Assembly: GCA_963675525.2 (NCBI GenBank)
Contig: CAXXSL010000016.1
Coordinates: 736,001-800,000 of the forward strand
Length of the DNA stretch: 64,000 nt
Source of the DNA: Anaerohalosphaeraceae bacterium
GTDB taxonomy: Bacteria > Planctomycetota > Phycisphaerae > Sedimentisphaerales > Anaerohalosphaeraceae
Direction: 5' to 3'
Both the position numbers and the translations under genes were made by a program. This document shows positions 1 through 10,235 of this stretch, piece by piece. Position 1 is the stretch's first letter. Each line of letters opens with the position of its first letter. The notes below the pieces were generated by a model. It was not told the DNA's origin, did no database searches, and saw only the letters and a program-made list of their open reading frames with translations.

Positions 1-328
1 TATTCCTTCGCGATTCCTGGAAATTATTCTGAATGAGTTGAAACAAGGGGGTTTTGTTCTTTCTGTGCGAGGCAAATCCGGCGGGTATCTTCTTTCCAGA
101 GACGCCAACGAGATTACGATTGGGCAGATCGTTCAGTTTTTGGAGAAAAATCAAGATTCAGATTCACCGTCTTTGTCCTCCCCGCATTCGGGCGAGTTTG
201 TTCTCAACACGCTTATTGACACAATTAACAACGCCATCAGTGATGTCTGTGATAACACCAGCCTAAATGATATGTTGAAGCTGGAAATGAAAAACAGAGC
301 AGCGTTCACCTCGAACTATATTATATAA
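1..328 (+). CDS. Rrf2-family transcriptional regulator (CymR/IscR-like), 5'-truncated by the window edge
   Basis: Frame open from position 2: IPSRFLEIILNELKQGGFVLSVRGKSGGYLL is the Rrf2 wHTH signature; heads a sulfate-assimilation cluster. Confidence 0.85.
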   Translation, partial: IPSRFLEIILNELKQGGFVLSVRGKSGGYLLSRDANEITIGQIVQFLEKNQDSDSPSLSSPHSGEFVLNTLIDTINNAISDVCDNTSLNDMLKLEMKNRAAFTSNYII

Positions 329-377
329 ATTTTTTTGTCTATATACACTACTGACAGAATAGGGATACGAGGAATAC

Positions 378-599
378 ATGGAGCGTCATATAAGAAGTAT
401 ATTTAAGGCCCTTAGCTGGCGCGTAATCGCCACGGTCGTAACGTTTCTGACCGCTTGGTTTTTAACCGGCACGGTCGAAATCGCCGCGAAGATTGGGCTG
501 GCGGACACGGTGATCAAACTGGCCGTTTTTTACGGCCATGAACGTTTTTGGAACAAACTGAGTTTTGGAAAGATCCAACCGCCGGAATACCAGATCTAA
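378..599 (+). CDS. DUF2061-like small membrane protein
   Basis: RSIFKALSWR...FYGHERFWNKLSFG motif; typical of cys operons; GAGG RBS. Confidence 0.8.
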   Translation: MERHIRSIFKALSWRVIATVVTFLTAWFLTGTVEIAAKIGLADTVIKLAVFYGHERFWNKLSFGKIQPPEYQI

Positions 600-613
600 G
601 AGCAGAGAGGTTC

Positions 614-1372
614 ATGATGCAATTACTCGAACAAACAGACAAACAGGCTTTAGCCGGCGAACTCCGCAAACATCGCAATGGGTATTCGCCCCTGCAACTG
701 CTGCGGTATTTTATTGAAAAATTTCCGGGCCGAGTAGTCCTGGCCTCCAGTATGGGCGCTGAAGATCAGGTCTTGACCGATATGATCGTCAAGATCGACC
801 CGTCTGTTTCGATCCTCACACTGGACACAGGTCGTCTGCCGCAGGAAACATACGATGTGATCGAGGCAACTCAAAAAAAATACGGCATTAAGATTAAGAT
901 TCAGTTTCCTAGTCACAAACAGATTGAGGCCATGATCGAAAAATACGGACCTAATTTATTTTTTGAGAATGTTCATAACCGCAAGTTGTGCTGTCACATT
1001 CGCAAGATCGAACCGCTTAAGCGTGGTTTGAAAGACAGAGACGTTTGGGTGTGCGGGCTTCGTAAGGAACAATCGGTGACGCGTACCGGCCTTGAACCGA
1101 TTCAGTGGGATGAGCAATTCGGACTGATCAAACTGTCGCCCCTGCTGGATTGGAACAGTGAGCAGGTTTGGCGATATATCCACACACATAACGTACCCTA
1201 CAATGCCCTGCATGGCAAAGGCTACTCCAGTATCGGGTGTGCACCGTGTACTCGCGCAATCACGCAAGGCGAAGACGTTCGTGCCGGACGCTGGTGGTGG
1301 GAACAGCCGGAACATAAAGAATGCGGCCTGCACTGGAACAAGCCGACAAACAAACAAAAGGACTCATCATGA
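614..1372 (+). CDS. cysH: APS/PAPS reductase (4Fe-4S APS-reductase type)
   Basis: [37 protein letters not shown] motifs; start moved to ATG 614 after AGAGG. Confidence 0.92.
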   Translation: MMQLLEQTDKQALAGELRKHRNGYSPLQLLRYFIEKFPGRVVLASSMGAEDQVLTDMIVKIDPSVSILTLDTGRLPQETYDVIEATQKKYGIKIKIQFPSHKQIEAMIEKYGPNLFFENVHNRKLCCHIRKIEPLKRGLKDRDVWVCGLRKEQSVTRTGLEPIQWDEQFGLIKLSPLLDWNSEQVWRYIHTHNVPYNALHGKGYSSIGCAPCTRAITQGEDVRAGRWWWEQPEHKECGLHWNKPTNKQKDSS

Positions 1373-2268
1373 ATCAAACTGAGACAATGACGCAACTGGA
1401 TGCGCTCGAAGCACAGAGTGTTTATATTCTGCGTGAAGCCTACCGCTCGTTCAAGGACCTGGTGATGCTGTGGTCCATCGGCAAAGACAGCACCGTTTTG
1501 CTGTGGCTGGCGCGTAAAGCGTTCTTCGGTCATGTCCCGATCCCGCTGATGCATATTGACACAAACTTTAAGATCAAGGAAATGATTGAGTACCGTGACC
1601 GCTTTGCAAAGGAATGGAAGCTAAATATGATCGTGGGCCAAAATGTTGACGCATTGTCCCGGAAACAAACGTTTCCCGACGGCGGACTGGGCCGGATCGA
1701 TTGTTGTAAGAAACTCAAAAGTGAAGCACTGAAACATACGCTCAGCGGTGAGTGGCCTCGATGGGTTATGAACCATACCACCGGCAGCTACGACAAGCAG
1801 GAAAACGGCGACGCCTTTACCGGTGTGATCGTCGGAGCCCGTGCGGACGAAGAAGGCAGCCGCAGCAAGGAGCGGTATTTTTCGCCGCGGGACCAGCAGA
1901 GCGAATGGGACATTGCCGAGCAGCCGCCGGAAATGTGGAACCAGTTCAATACGGATTTCGCACCGGGTACGCATATTCGCATCCATCCGTTGCTGGACTG
2001 GACAGAGTTGAATATCTGGCAGTATATCAAGCGGGAAGACATCCCGATCATCGACCTGTACTTCGACAACGGCAGCGGCAAACGATATCGTTCGCTCGGC
2101 TGTGCCCCGTGTACCGGTCAGGTGGAATCAACGGCCAAAAATGTGGCGGATATTATTGAAGAACTCAAAAGCGGAAAATTTTCAAATATTGCCGAACGCT
2201 CCGGACGCCGACAGGATGCTGAAGACGACGGCGGGCTGGAAACGTTGCGGCGTGACGGATACATGTAA
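1369..2268 (+). CDS. cysD: Sulfate adenylyltransferase subunit 2
   Basis: [12 protein letters not shown]-loop, [17 protein letters not shown]-terminal GYM; ATGA overlap with cysH stop. Confidence 0.93.
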   Translation: MNQTETMTQLDALEAQSVYILREAYRSFKDLVMLWSIGKDSTVLLWLARKAFFGHVPIPLMHIDTNFKIKEMIEYRDRFAKEWKLNMIVGQNVDALSRKQTFPDGGLGRIDCCKKLKSEALKHTLSGEWPRWVMNHTTGSYDKQENGDAFTGVIVGARADEEGSRSKERYFSPRDQQSEWDIAEQPPEMWNQFNTDFAPGTHIRIHPLLDWTELNIWQYIKREDIPIIDLYFDNGSGKRYRSLGCAPCTGQVESTAKNVADIIEELKSGKFSNIAERSGRRQDAEDDGGLETLRRDGYM

Positions 2269-2351
2269 GCATAATATCAAAAACAAATATTAAAAACAAA
2301 AATAAGGCCGTCGGCTTCGGCGGCACTATAATAGATTACTCAGGGGATAAT

Positions 2352-4196
2352 ATGAGTTCGCTTGCAATGGAATACGATAAAAAAAACGAACAGACACAGC
2401 AGCATGAACGACAGAAGATGAATATTGTCATCATCGGTCACGTGGACCATGGAAAGAGTACCCTGGTCGGGCGCTTATTGGCAGATACGCATTCGCTTCC
2501 GGAGGGGAAGCTCGAAGAAGTCAAGTCACGTTGTGCCAAAAACGCCCGTCCTTTTGAATACGCTTTTCTGCTCGATGCACTGAAAGACGAGCAGGCGCAG
2601 GGTATCACCATCGATTCGGCCAGGTGCTTTTTTCATTCGGATAAACGTGAATACATTCTGATTGATGCGCCGGGGCATATTGAGTTTTTGAAAAACATGA
2701 TCAGCGGTGCCGCCCGCGCCGAAGCGGCGGTTCTGGTGATCGATGCGCATGAAGGCATCCAGGAGAACTCGCGCCGGCATGGATACCTGCTGAGTATGCT
2801 CGGTATTCGGCAGATCGTGGTCGCCGTCAATAAGATGGACCTGATGAACTATTCGCAGGCGGTTTTCGACCGGGTTCAAAACGAGTACGCGGCGTTTTTG
2901 TCACAGATTCAGGTCACTGCGCAACACTTTATTCCGGTCAGTGCCCGCGAGGGAGATTTTATTTCCCAGCGCAGTTCCATCATGGATTGGTACGACGGGC
3001 CGACGATCCTGGAAGCCCTCGATGAGTTTGAAAAAGAGCCGGCATCCGTCCACCAGCCGCTGCGATTTCCCGTGCAGGATATTTACAAGTTTACCGCTCA
3101 GGGTGACGACCGCCGTATCATTGCCGGACAGATCGAAACAGGACAGCTCGCTGTCGGCGACGAGGTTATTTTTTATCCTTCTAAAAAACGCTCAAAGATC
3201 GCAAGTATTGAAGCATTCAATGTGCCAACACCCCCAAAAGCCTATGCGGGGCAATCGGTCGGTGTCACCTTGTTCGAGCAGATCTATATTCAGCCGGGCG
3301 AAATTATGTTCCGAGGCGACCAAACGCCGCCCCAAACATCAACCCAGTTGAAGATCAACCTGTTCTGGCTGGGCAAAGAGCCGATGATCTTCAATAAACG
3401 CTATCTGCTTAAGCTGGGTACGGCACGCGTCCCGGTCTGGCTGCGGCAGATCAACACGGTACTGGACGCTTCCGAGTTGAATACCGAGCTGAACCGCCGC
3501 CATATCGAGCGGCATGATGTGGCCGAGTGCGTCCTTGAAACGCTCAAGCCGGTTGCCTTCGACCTGACCACCGAAATCGCGCAAACAGGCCGATTCGTGC
3601 TGATCGACAATTACCATATTGCCGGCGGCGGGGTTATTCTGGATGTCGCCCGCGACCAACTCGATCTTACTGCCGAACATGTTCGCCAGCGTGAGAAAAA
3701 CTGGCGCCGCAGCCGGATCACCGCTTCCATGCGTCAAACACGGCTCAATCAGCAATCAACACTGGTGGTTATCAGCGGCCCGGCAGAGACGGGAAAAAGT
3801 CAAGCTGCTCAAATGCTGGAAGAAAAGCTTTTCGAAGCCGGCAAACAGGTGTATTATCTGGGCATTGAGAATTCCCTGCCGGGAATCGACAGCGATCTAA
3901 GTCATGAAAATCTGCGCGATGAATACATCCATCGGCTTGGTGAGACCGCTCATTTGTTTACCGATGCCGGGCTGATCCTGATCGCGACGGTCAGTGACCT
4001 TGCCGAGTACGAATTGAACATTCTCAAAACGCTGAATAGGCCGGGTGATACTGTGGTGGTCGGCATCGGTTCGAAAACGCTGTCGGATCCGCTGCTGGAT
4101 TTAGACCTGAATGAAACAATGAATACTGAAAACGCCTCAACAAAGATCGCGAACCTGCTGACTGAGCGGCATTATCTGCCGGAGTATTACCTGTAA
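2352..4196 (+). CDS. cysN: Sulfate adenylyltransferase subunit 1 (GTPase) with C-terminal APS-kinase-like domain
   Basis: [27 protein letters not shown]; degenerate P-loop domain at the C-terminus. Confidence 0.9.
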   Translation: MSSLAMEYDKKNEQTQQHERQKMNIVIIGHVDHGKSTLVGRLLADTHSLPEGKLEEVKSRCAKNARPFEYAFLLDALKDEQAQGITIDSARCFFHSDKREYILIDAPGHIEFLKNMISGAARAEAAVLVIDAHEGIQENSRRHGYLLSMLGIRQIVVAVNKMDLMNYSQAVFDRVQNEYAAFLSQIQVTAQHFIPVSAREGDFISQRSSIMDWYDGPTILEALDEFEKEPASVHQPLRFPVQDIYKFTAQGDDRRIIAGQIETGQLAVGDEVIFYPSKKRSKIASIEAFNVPTPPKAYAGQSVGVTLFEQIYIQPGEIMFRGDQTPPQTSTQLKINLFWLGKEPMIFNKRYLLKLGTARVPVWLRQINTVLDASELNTELNRRHIERHDVAECVLETLKPVAFDLTTEIAQTGRFVLIDNYHIAGGGVILDVARDQLDLTAEHVRQREKNWRRSRITASMRQTRLNQQSTLVVISGPAETGKSQAAQMLEEKLFEAGKQVYYLGIENSLPGIDSDLSHENLRDEYIHRLGETAHLFTDAGLILIATVSDLAEYELNILKTLNRPGDTVVVGIGSKTLSDPLLDLDLNETMNTENASTKIANLLTERHYLPEYYL

Positions 4197-4274
4197 GAAA
4201 CGCTAGCGGCCGAAGAATTACTGTTGCACATCAATGATTACGCGTTGCGCATCGACTAAAAAGACCAATGAGCG

Positions 4275-4868
4275 TTACTTCTTTTCCCGTTCCAATCCCG
4301 GCAGCAGTTCCGGGTGGTCCAGCAGTGCCAGCGTCTGGCGGATAAATTCTTTCCAGTGCGGCAGGCGATGTGAGCGCCGCTGCAGGATGAGATTCCGCAA
4401 CGTTTTATAGCTCATGCACCACATGCGCGTCTGCAGAAAACCTTCCGGCAGCTTTTTCTTGATTTGGATAATATCTTTCTGCTGCGCGGCCTCATAAATC
4501 CATTTCAGCGTCGCCGGACTGCATGAGGCCGGCTCGAAATTGTCTGCGATAAACGCCTCTACGCTGGCGGCATCGTCCATATCGATCGCCAAGAGTTCGG
4601 CCGTCAGCGTATGCATCGTGCTTTCGGACTGTTTGCTGCTCAGGCGAAATGTATCCGCCTCCTGCCACCAGTACCGCGGCGCACGCACATCCAGCCAGAC
4701 AATCATGCTTTCCAGAAACTTGTTATGCCCGCCGTCCAGACCCGCCAGCTTTTCGGCCACAACTGCCATTTTCTCGGTTTCCTGCTTTTTATTATGTGCC
4801 AGCCCCCGCAGGGCGGCCTCATACCCCGCCTCATCAACTTTTTCAACGCGTATATAAAACGATTCCAT
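4275..4868 (-). CDS. Divergent ThyX/Thy1-like (FAD-dependent thymidylate synthase-like) protein
   Basis: GGHNKFLES, APRYWWQEADTFR..SESTMH, LPEGFLQTR...SYKTLRN...QR motifs; ATG 4868 after AGAGG. Confidence 0.55.
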   Translation of the reverse strand: MESFYIRVEKVDEAGYEAALRGLAHNKKQETEKMAVVAEKLAGLDGGHNKFLESMIVWLDVRAPRYWWQEADTFRLSSKQSESTMHTLTAELLAIDMDDAASVEAFIADNFEPASCSPATLKWIYEAAQQKDIIQIKKKLPEGFLQTRMWCMSYKTLRNLILQRRSHRLPHWKEFIRQTLALLDHPELLPGLEREKK

Positions 4869-4880
4869 TCGTATCCTCTT

Positions 4881-4910
4881 TAAAAGCGCGGCGACGTAAG
4901 TCGCCCGATT
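4881..4910 (+). repeat. REP-like hairpin repeat, copy 1 (TAAAAGCGC-GGCGAC-GTAA-GTCGCC-CGAT)
   Basis: Near-identical to 5028-5057 and to the reverse complement of 5599-5627. Confidence 0.85.
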
Positions 4911-5027
4911 AAACGCCTCATTACATAAACCATACCGCAATATAGTAGGTCCTTTTCACGAGCTCTTTCTACTCGAAAACGGCGGCAATTTCCAGAAATC
5001 TTTTAAAATATCCTCAAAACACCCCAT

Positions 5028-5057
5028 TAAAAGCGCGGTGACGTAAGTCGCCCGATT
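5028..5057 (+). repeat. REP-like hairpin repeat, copy 2
   Basis: taaaagcgcggtgacgtaagtcgcccgatt, immediately downstream of the transposase stop. Confidence 0.85.
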
Positions 5058-5064
5058 GTACGTT

Positions 5065-5568
5065 TCATTCCCGAAATCGCTCATCCATATAATATGCCAT
5101 TATCGTTCCTTGCTCATAAATTACATAATGGATTTTTTCTCGCAGCTTTTCTTCTCTAAAAACATATTTTTTGCTGCCTCCCATGGTCCAGACTTTTTCA
5201 CCGTGAAATCCATTTTCACGTAACTTGCGAGTAGACCATCGTTTTAAATTGTCCATTACCAAATTGATCTCGCAATCCGCTCGTATAACAACATGGACAT
5301 GACTACTCCGAACGTGTAGCGCAAAAAGATGCCATTGTCGAACTGTACAAAGATTGAGGATGGCCTCTCGGACAAGGATTTGATGTCTGGAGTCCAGTTT
5401 TACTGGAGGAAATTTTAAATGGCGCTGTTCATGCCGGTAGAGTTGGGGATTAGACTCCATCACTTCGGTTTTTCCGCCCCGGCGGATGATACTGTTTCGC
5501 GGATCTCCATGCAGCCATGTGCCATAAGTGGTAAACGTAATAAAATACGCTAATGGCTTGTCGGGCAT
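5065..5568 (-). mobile_element. REP-associated tyrosine transposase (RAYT, Y1/HUH family)
   Basis: AYFITFTTYGTWLHGD N-terminus, HVH (HUH) motif, conserved W, Y..EQ catalytic segment; flanked by inverted hairpin repeats. Confidence 0.85.
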
Positions 5569-5598
5569 CGTATGCTCCTTCTTGTTTCGTGAGCATTC

Positions 5599-5627
5599 AT
5601 CGGGCGACTGACGTCGCCGCGCTTTTA
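5599..5627 (-). repeat. REP-like hairpin repeat, copy 3 (inverted)
   Basis: Reverse complement TAAAAGCGCGGCGACGTCAGTCGCCCGAT; its first TAA is the aroK stop codon. Confidence 0.85.
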
Positions 5628-6125
5628 TTGTGCCAGCTTTTCCAAAATCAACTCAACACTGTCATCGTGATTCAACCCGGACAGATCAACCGTGATGTCG
5701 GCCCACTGTTCGTACAGCGGTGTGCGTTTTTCGTATAGCTGGGCCAGTGTTTGTCCCGGTTCCAAGACCACACCGCGCTGGTTCAAATCACCGAGGCGTT
5801 TTTCCAGCGCTGCCAGAGGTAACTGCAGATAAACGATGACGCCGTCGGCTTGCAGTGACTTCATAGCACAGTCGTAATAGACGACGCTGCCGCCGGTGGC
5901 AATGACCGCATCCGTCACATCGACGCGCTGGGCGTACCGGCATTCGATCTCACAGAATCGCACCATGCCGTTCTGCTCGATCAGCCGCCGCAGACTCTTG
6001 CCCTCGCCGGCCTGGATAAACAAATCCGTATCCACAAAATGCTTTTCGCACCGCTTGGCCAATAACACGCCAATCGTACTCTTGCCGCACCCCGGCATCC
6101 CAATCAAAACAATATTCGATTTCAT
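5625..6125 (-). CDS. aroK: Shikimate kinase
   Basis: NIVLIGMPGCGKSTIG, VDTD, VIATGGS, RTPLY; start could also be 6137. Confidence 0.92.
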   Translation of the reverse strand: MKSNIVLIGMPGCGKSTIGVLLAKRCEKHFVDTDLFIQAGEGKSLRRLIEQNGMVRFCEIECRYAQRVDVTDAVIATGGSVVYYDCAMKSLQADGVIVYLQLPLAALEKRLGDLNQRGVVLEPGQTLAQLYEKRTPLYEQWADITVDLSGLNHDDSVELILEKLAQ

Positions 6126-6182
6126 AACGTTTTCCATTGTGTCTTCCACGCTTGTCATTCCCACAAAAGCGCCGATCCGGAA

Positions 6183-7340
6183 TCAACGATTATCCTTTGT
6201 TAATTTATCAATTGTTTTATTTGTCACATTCCATACCAAAAAATTGTCTGTAGTTTTAAGTGTCTTGTTCAGGATCGGCAGTACTCTTTCTTTAGATGGA
6301 TTGACTTTCCCCAATGTAATAATTGTAACAACTTGAATGAACTCATCTTCAGCAGTAGCTAACTCCATCAGTCTGTCCTCATAATCTTTAGCATCAGGAC
6401 CAAGTTCTTGCAAAACAAGTAAACCAACAGCAACCTCCATAAACTCTTCGCTTTCAAGAGAATGTAACAACAATTCTCTGGAACGAGAAGCTTGAATATC
6501 ATGTCGAATCATAGCATAACATGCACGCGCCACAACCCATGAATCGTTGTCATCCATCAAGGCAATTGCCATATCCATGGTTTCAGTATCAACGTCTTTC
6601 AAATCTCCAAGGGCTTGAGCCGCACGACCGCGAACATTTCTGTCTTCATCCTTCATGAAAACACGCAATTGCTCAATGCCTTTTTTTTCCTCGGGGTATA
6701 GCTGTTGATATATCAGTGCCGCCTTAACGCCTTCACGTCTATCAGGCTCATTAATAGCACCCAGCAGAATACTTTTAATTTGATCATTTGCGACGCCAAT
6801 TTCTCCGATTTCCGTTACCGCCATCGCCCGGATATGCGACGTTTCATGACCAGCCAATTCAACTACTACACCCAAACATAGTTCTTCAGCATCCATTTCA
6901 CATAAAGCGTCAATGGCCTGTAATCGCACGAAAGAATTGTCGTGGTCAAGCAAATCTGTGTAAACAGCCAGTGCTTGATTTGTTTCGAGCTTACGTTCTT
7001 TAAGGAGTTCTACTCCTAAAGATTGAATTCTCGAATTATCATCATTAATCAACTCAAGAATTTTTTCGGTTGGTTCTTCAGCAACAATGTATCGTATAAT
7101 TCCTCCAGTATATAGATGCATGCCCGGTTCGCGGAGAATTTCCAATAAATCAGGAAGTACTACGATGGCTTCAGGCCCATATTTAGCAAGTTGAATCGCA
7201 GCTTGTGAGCTTTTCGTTTCATCATCGGATTGTATCTTTGAAACAAGATAGTCCAATTGCGCTTTTGTGACCGCATGCACTGAAACAGAAAAGGTCAATA
7301 AAGCAACCACACACAAATAATATAACTTGTTTTTTACCAT
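6183..7340 (-). CDS. Secreted HEAT-repeat protein
   Basis: Signal peptide; repeated D..VR..A..ALG units; visibly more AT-rich than its neighbours. Confidence 0.8.
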   Translation of the reverse strand: MVKNKLYYLCVVALLTFSVSVHAVTKAQLDYLVSKIQSDDETKSSQAAIQLAKYGPEAIVVLPDLLEILREPGMHLYTGGIIRYIVAEEPTEKILELINDDNSRIQSLGVELLKERKLETNQALAVYTDLLDHDNSFVRLQAIDALCEMDAEELCLGVVVELAGHETSHIRAMAVTEIGEIGVANDQIKSILLGAINEPDRREGVKAALIYQQLYPEEKKGIEQLRVFMKDEDRNVRGRAAQALGDLKDVDTETMDMAIALMDDNDSWVVARACYAMIRHDIQASRSRELLLHSLESEEFMEVAVGLLVLQELGPDAKDYEDRLMELATAEDEFIQVVTIITLGKVNPSKERVLPILNKTLKTTDNFLVWNVTNKTIDKLTKDNR

Positions 7341-7401
7341 CTCTTCTCCCTCGTCTTTCTCTATTTCTCTGTGACAATAAAAACAATATCCAATCTACAA
7401 T

Positions 7402-8157
7402 TTACAATCGAATAATTTCTTCCGGCTTTGCGAGGCAATGTTTGGGCAGTTTTTCGCGGATCAGATCGACGAAGTTGTGCATCCCGATTGTCTCCGGCGC
7501 GTGGGCGTCCGAACCGTACACCAGCTTAACCCCCGCATCCAGCGCAACATCGTAAATCCGCCACCACTGCTCCTGCCAATAGTCGCTCAAACGATACCCC
7601 GTCAGTTCATTCAGCTCCCAGGCGATATTGTTCTCCGCCGACAGCTTCGCCGCGTTCTCAAACACGCACAGCGCGTCGTCAAAATACACATCCAGATCGA
7701 CCGCCGAGGCCAGCAATCGCCCCGGGTGCGCCAGCGTATGAATCTGCGGATTGGATACAATCCCCAGCAGCGACGTTTGCCAGTGCTCCATGAATTCATC
7801 CCCCGCCAGCGAGTTATCGTGCGGGGCGCGCGGATAGTTGCCCACCGTCGGCACATAGTGAAACCCCGCGATCACATAATCCAGATCGTCAAAGGTCTCG
7901 GTCACCAGTCGCCCGTCGGTGTGGTCGGCATCGACATCCACCTCGGCACCCACATATACCTTACAATGCGATGCGCACGCTTTTACCTCGGCGCGAATCT
8001 TTTCAATGATTGCATGGTCCGAATGCCCGAAGAGATGGTCCGTAATCGCAATCGTCGAAAGCCCCAACCGGTCGGCCTGCCTGCAAATGGCCGCAACCGT
8101 CATGCCCGGTGCATGACCGCAGTATTCGGTATGGATATGTAAATCATAATTCAGCAT
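7402..8157 (-). CDS. PHP-domain phosphoesterase (histidinol-phosphatase-like)
   Basis: DLHIHT, ITDH, GAEVD, AHP, GSDAH metal ligands; the ORF extension to 8253 is translated REP. Confidence 0.88.
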   Translation of the reverse strand: MLNYDLHIHTEYCGHAPGMTVAAICRQADRLGLSTIAITDHLFGHSDHAIIEKIRAEVKACASHCKVYVGAEVDVDADHTDGRLVTETFDDLDYVIAGFHYVPTVGNYPRAPHDNSLAGDEFMEHWQTSLLGIVSNPQIHTLAHPGRLLASAVDLDVYFDDALCVFENAAKLSAENNIAWELNELTGYRLSDYWQEQWWRIYDVALDAGVKLVYGSDAHAPETIGMHNFVDLIREKLPKHCLAKPEEIIRL

Positions 8158-8187
8158 ACTATCGTCTTCATCATTTCCGTCAGTAAA

Positions 8188-8257
8188 TGTCACCCCGGCC
8201 CCCGAGCCGGGGTCCAGAGTGTTAACGTCTGGATGCCGGATCAAGCCCGGCATGACA
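8188..8257. repeat. GTCA-type REP doublet (two inverted hairpin units)
   Basis: tgtcaccccggcccccgagccggggtccag...ctggatgccggatcaagcccggcatgaca; related half at 57450-57479. Confidence 0.8.
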
Positions 8258-8259
8258 GA

Positions 8260-9444
8260 TCAGAGCAGATGTTTCCGGGATTTCTTTTTTTGACTCATCA
8301 CTGCCAGCAGCAATGATAGCACAAAGCCGACCGGAACGCAAAACAGGATCGGCAGTGTGCCGACGTGTTCAGCCACCGGCCCCAGCAGCATCGGCAGCAC
8401 ACACGCCACCAACCAGATACCGCCGACGATCAAACCCATCCGCTGTCCCAGGTTCGGCCCTTCGCTGTGTCGGGCGGCACTGACCATCAGCGGATACGCA
8501 CCGAAACAGAAAAACCCGCTCACAAAAAGCAGCATCGGCGACCACGGTTGCGGCAAAAAGAACAAGTAGGCCGCCAAAAACGGAATCCCCGCCGCCAGCA
8601 TCCAGCGAATCAGCCGAAGTTCACCGTGTTTGGCCGCAAACCGCGACATCACAATCCCCCCAATCCCGCCGGCCAGGCTGTACATCGAAACCGCCGCGCC
8701 GCCAAACGTCAGATTCAGTCTCAGTTCCTCAACCCGCTGCGGTACGATCCACGCCAGTACCTGCACCGAACAGGCCGCCAGCGTCGCAACCGCCATAATC
8801 ATCCAGAATGATATCGGTTCAACCTGCTTCCGTGCGGCTTTTCTTGTTGGTTCATCCCGTTCGACCGCCAGTCGAATCCCGAAAATCAACAGCACCGCTA
8901 AAACAATAACCGCCGCAACGCAAAACGGGACTAAACTGCCAAATCCCCATCGTTCAAACCAATGTGTGCTGGTCCAACTGCTGAAGGCAAAACCAATAAC
9001 GCCGCCAGCCATAAATACCGACGAGCTGACCGCCGGAGAAATGCTGTCCAGTCGATGGATGGCCTTCAGACATTCCGGATGTGTCATGCCGACGCCCGCT
9101 CCGCAGACCAACGAAATCAAACACAGCCAAAGCAGCGCCGTCCCGTCCGCGGGAACAATCCCAAATAACACAATCGCGCAGACCGCGACCAACCCGGCAT
9201 ACAAAAATAACGGCTTGTCGTTCTCGGCGCGCAGTCGGCCAATCAAAACCTGAATCCCGTTGGCCGGGATCAGAAATACCGTCAGCAGAACCGCTCCCTC
9301 GGAAACACTCAAATGGAATGATTGTTGAAAGGCCGGCAAAACCGTATGCATCAGACCGGGGAAACAATCCAGCACAAAGTGTGCCGCCGTCAGTGCGATT
9401 AAAAGTATCCATTGCGTTCGAAGCTGGCGCTGCGTCTCATCCAT
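8260..9444 (-). CDS. MFS transporter (Fsr-like)
   Basis: About 12 hydrophobic segments, AHFVLD, GMTHPE, GGVIGF motifs. Confidence 0.85.
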   Translation of the reverse strand: MDETQRQLRTQWILLIALTAAHFVLDCFPGLMHTVLPAFQQSFHLSVSEGAVLLTVFLIPANGIQVLIGRLRAENDKPLFLYAGLVAVCAIVLFGIVPADGTALLWLCLISLVCGAGVGMTHPECLKAIHRLDSISPAVSSSVFMAGGVIGFAFSSWTSTHWFERWGFGSLVPFCVAAVIVLAVLLIFGIRLAVERDEPTRKAARKQVEPISFWMIMAVATLAACSVQVLAWIVPQRVEELRLNLTFGGAAVSMYSLAGGIGGIVMSRFAAKHGELRLIRWMLAAGIPFLAAYLFFLPQPWSPMLLFVSGFFCFGAYPLMVSAARHSEGPNLGQRMGLIVGGIWLVACVLPMLLGPVAEHVGTLPILFCVPVGFVLSLLLAVMSQKKKSRKHLL

Positions 9445-9446
9445 AG

Positions 9447-10232
9447 TTATCCGTCAATCCGAAGCAAAAATTCCTCACCCTGCCGAAACACATTGCACGG
9501 GTAATCAAACAGCTCGCTCATCCGCTGATTGGTAATCATCTCTTCCGGCGTACCGGCCGCCAGTACCTTGCCGTCCTTAAGCAGCAGAACATTCTGAATC
9601 CACGGGTCGATCTCTTCGATATGGTGTGTGACCAAAATCATCGTGGGTGAATTTTTCTGCCCGGCTAATGCCGACAAATCATTCATGAAACGCTGACGTG
9701 CGGCCGGATCCAGCCCGATACACGGTTCATCCAGAATCAGCAATTTCGGTTCGCAAACCAGCGCACGCCCGATCAGCACTTTCTGCATTTCGCCCTGCGA
9801 CAGTGTGCCGTAACGTTGTTCGGCAATCGTTTCGATCCGCAGTTGTTTGAGAACCTCCAGCGATTGGGCACGTTCCTGTTCGGTGATATGCCGATACAGC
9901 CCGACGGATGCGTCCAGCCCGGAAGCAACCACATCAACCGCCGTGTCCTGAGCAGGCAACCGCTGTGTCATCGCCGAGCTGACCCAGCCGATGACTTTTC
10001 GCAATCGGGGAATATCGCACGCGCCGAATCGCTCGCCTAAGACGCGCACTGTTCCGAACGTCGGCCATTCATAGCCGGTCAGAATTTTCAGCAGGCTGGT
10101 CTTGCCGGAACCGTTGGCCCCCAACAGCGCCCAATGCTGCCCCGGCTCGATTTTCCACGAAACATCCGACAGAATGGTTCGCTCTTTACGGCAGAAACAA
10201 ACTCCCTCAAGCTCAACAACCGCTTGTGTCAT
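9447..10232 (-). CDS. ABC transporter ATP-binding protein (YlmA/ModF-like)
   Basis: GANGSGKT, LSQGE, LLILDEP, VTHH. Confidence 0.9.
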   Translation of the reverse strand: MTQAVVELEGVCFCRKERTILSDVSWKIEPGQHWALLGANGSGKTSLLKILTGYEWPTFGTVRVLGERFGACDIPRLRKVIGWVSSAMTQRLPAQDTAVDVVASGLDASVGLYRHITEQERAQSLEVLKQLRIETIAEQRYGTLSQGEMQKVLIGRALVCEPKLLILDEPCIGLDPAARQRFMNDLSALAGQKNSPTMILVTHHIEEIDPWIQNVLLLKDGKVLAAGTPEEMITNQRMSELFDYPCNVFRQGEEFLLRIDG

Positions 10233-10235
10233 AGA

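Noticed and set aside
4869..4940. Longer start for the ThyX-like ORF
   Set aside because: Extension runs through REP copy 1; RBS supports ATG 4868
8158..8253. N-terminal extension of the PHP ORF (MPGLIRHP...)
   Set aside because: It is the translated REP doublet; the PHP motif starts at 8157
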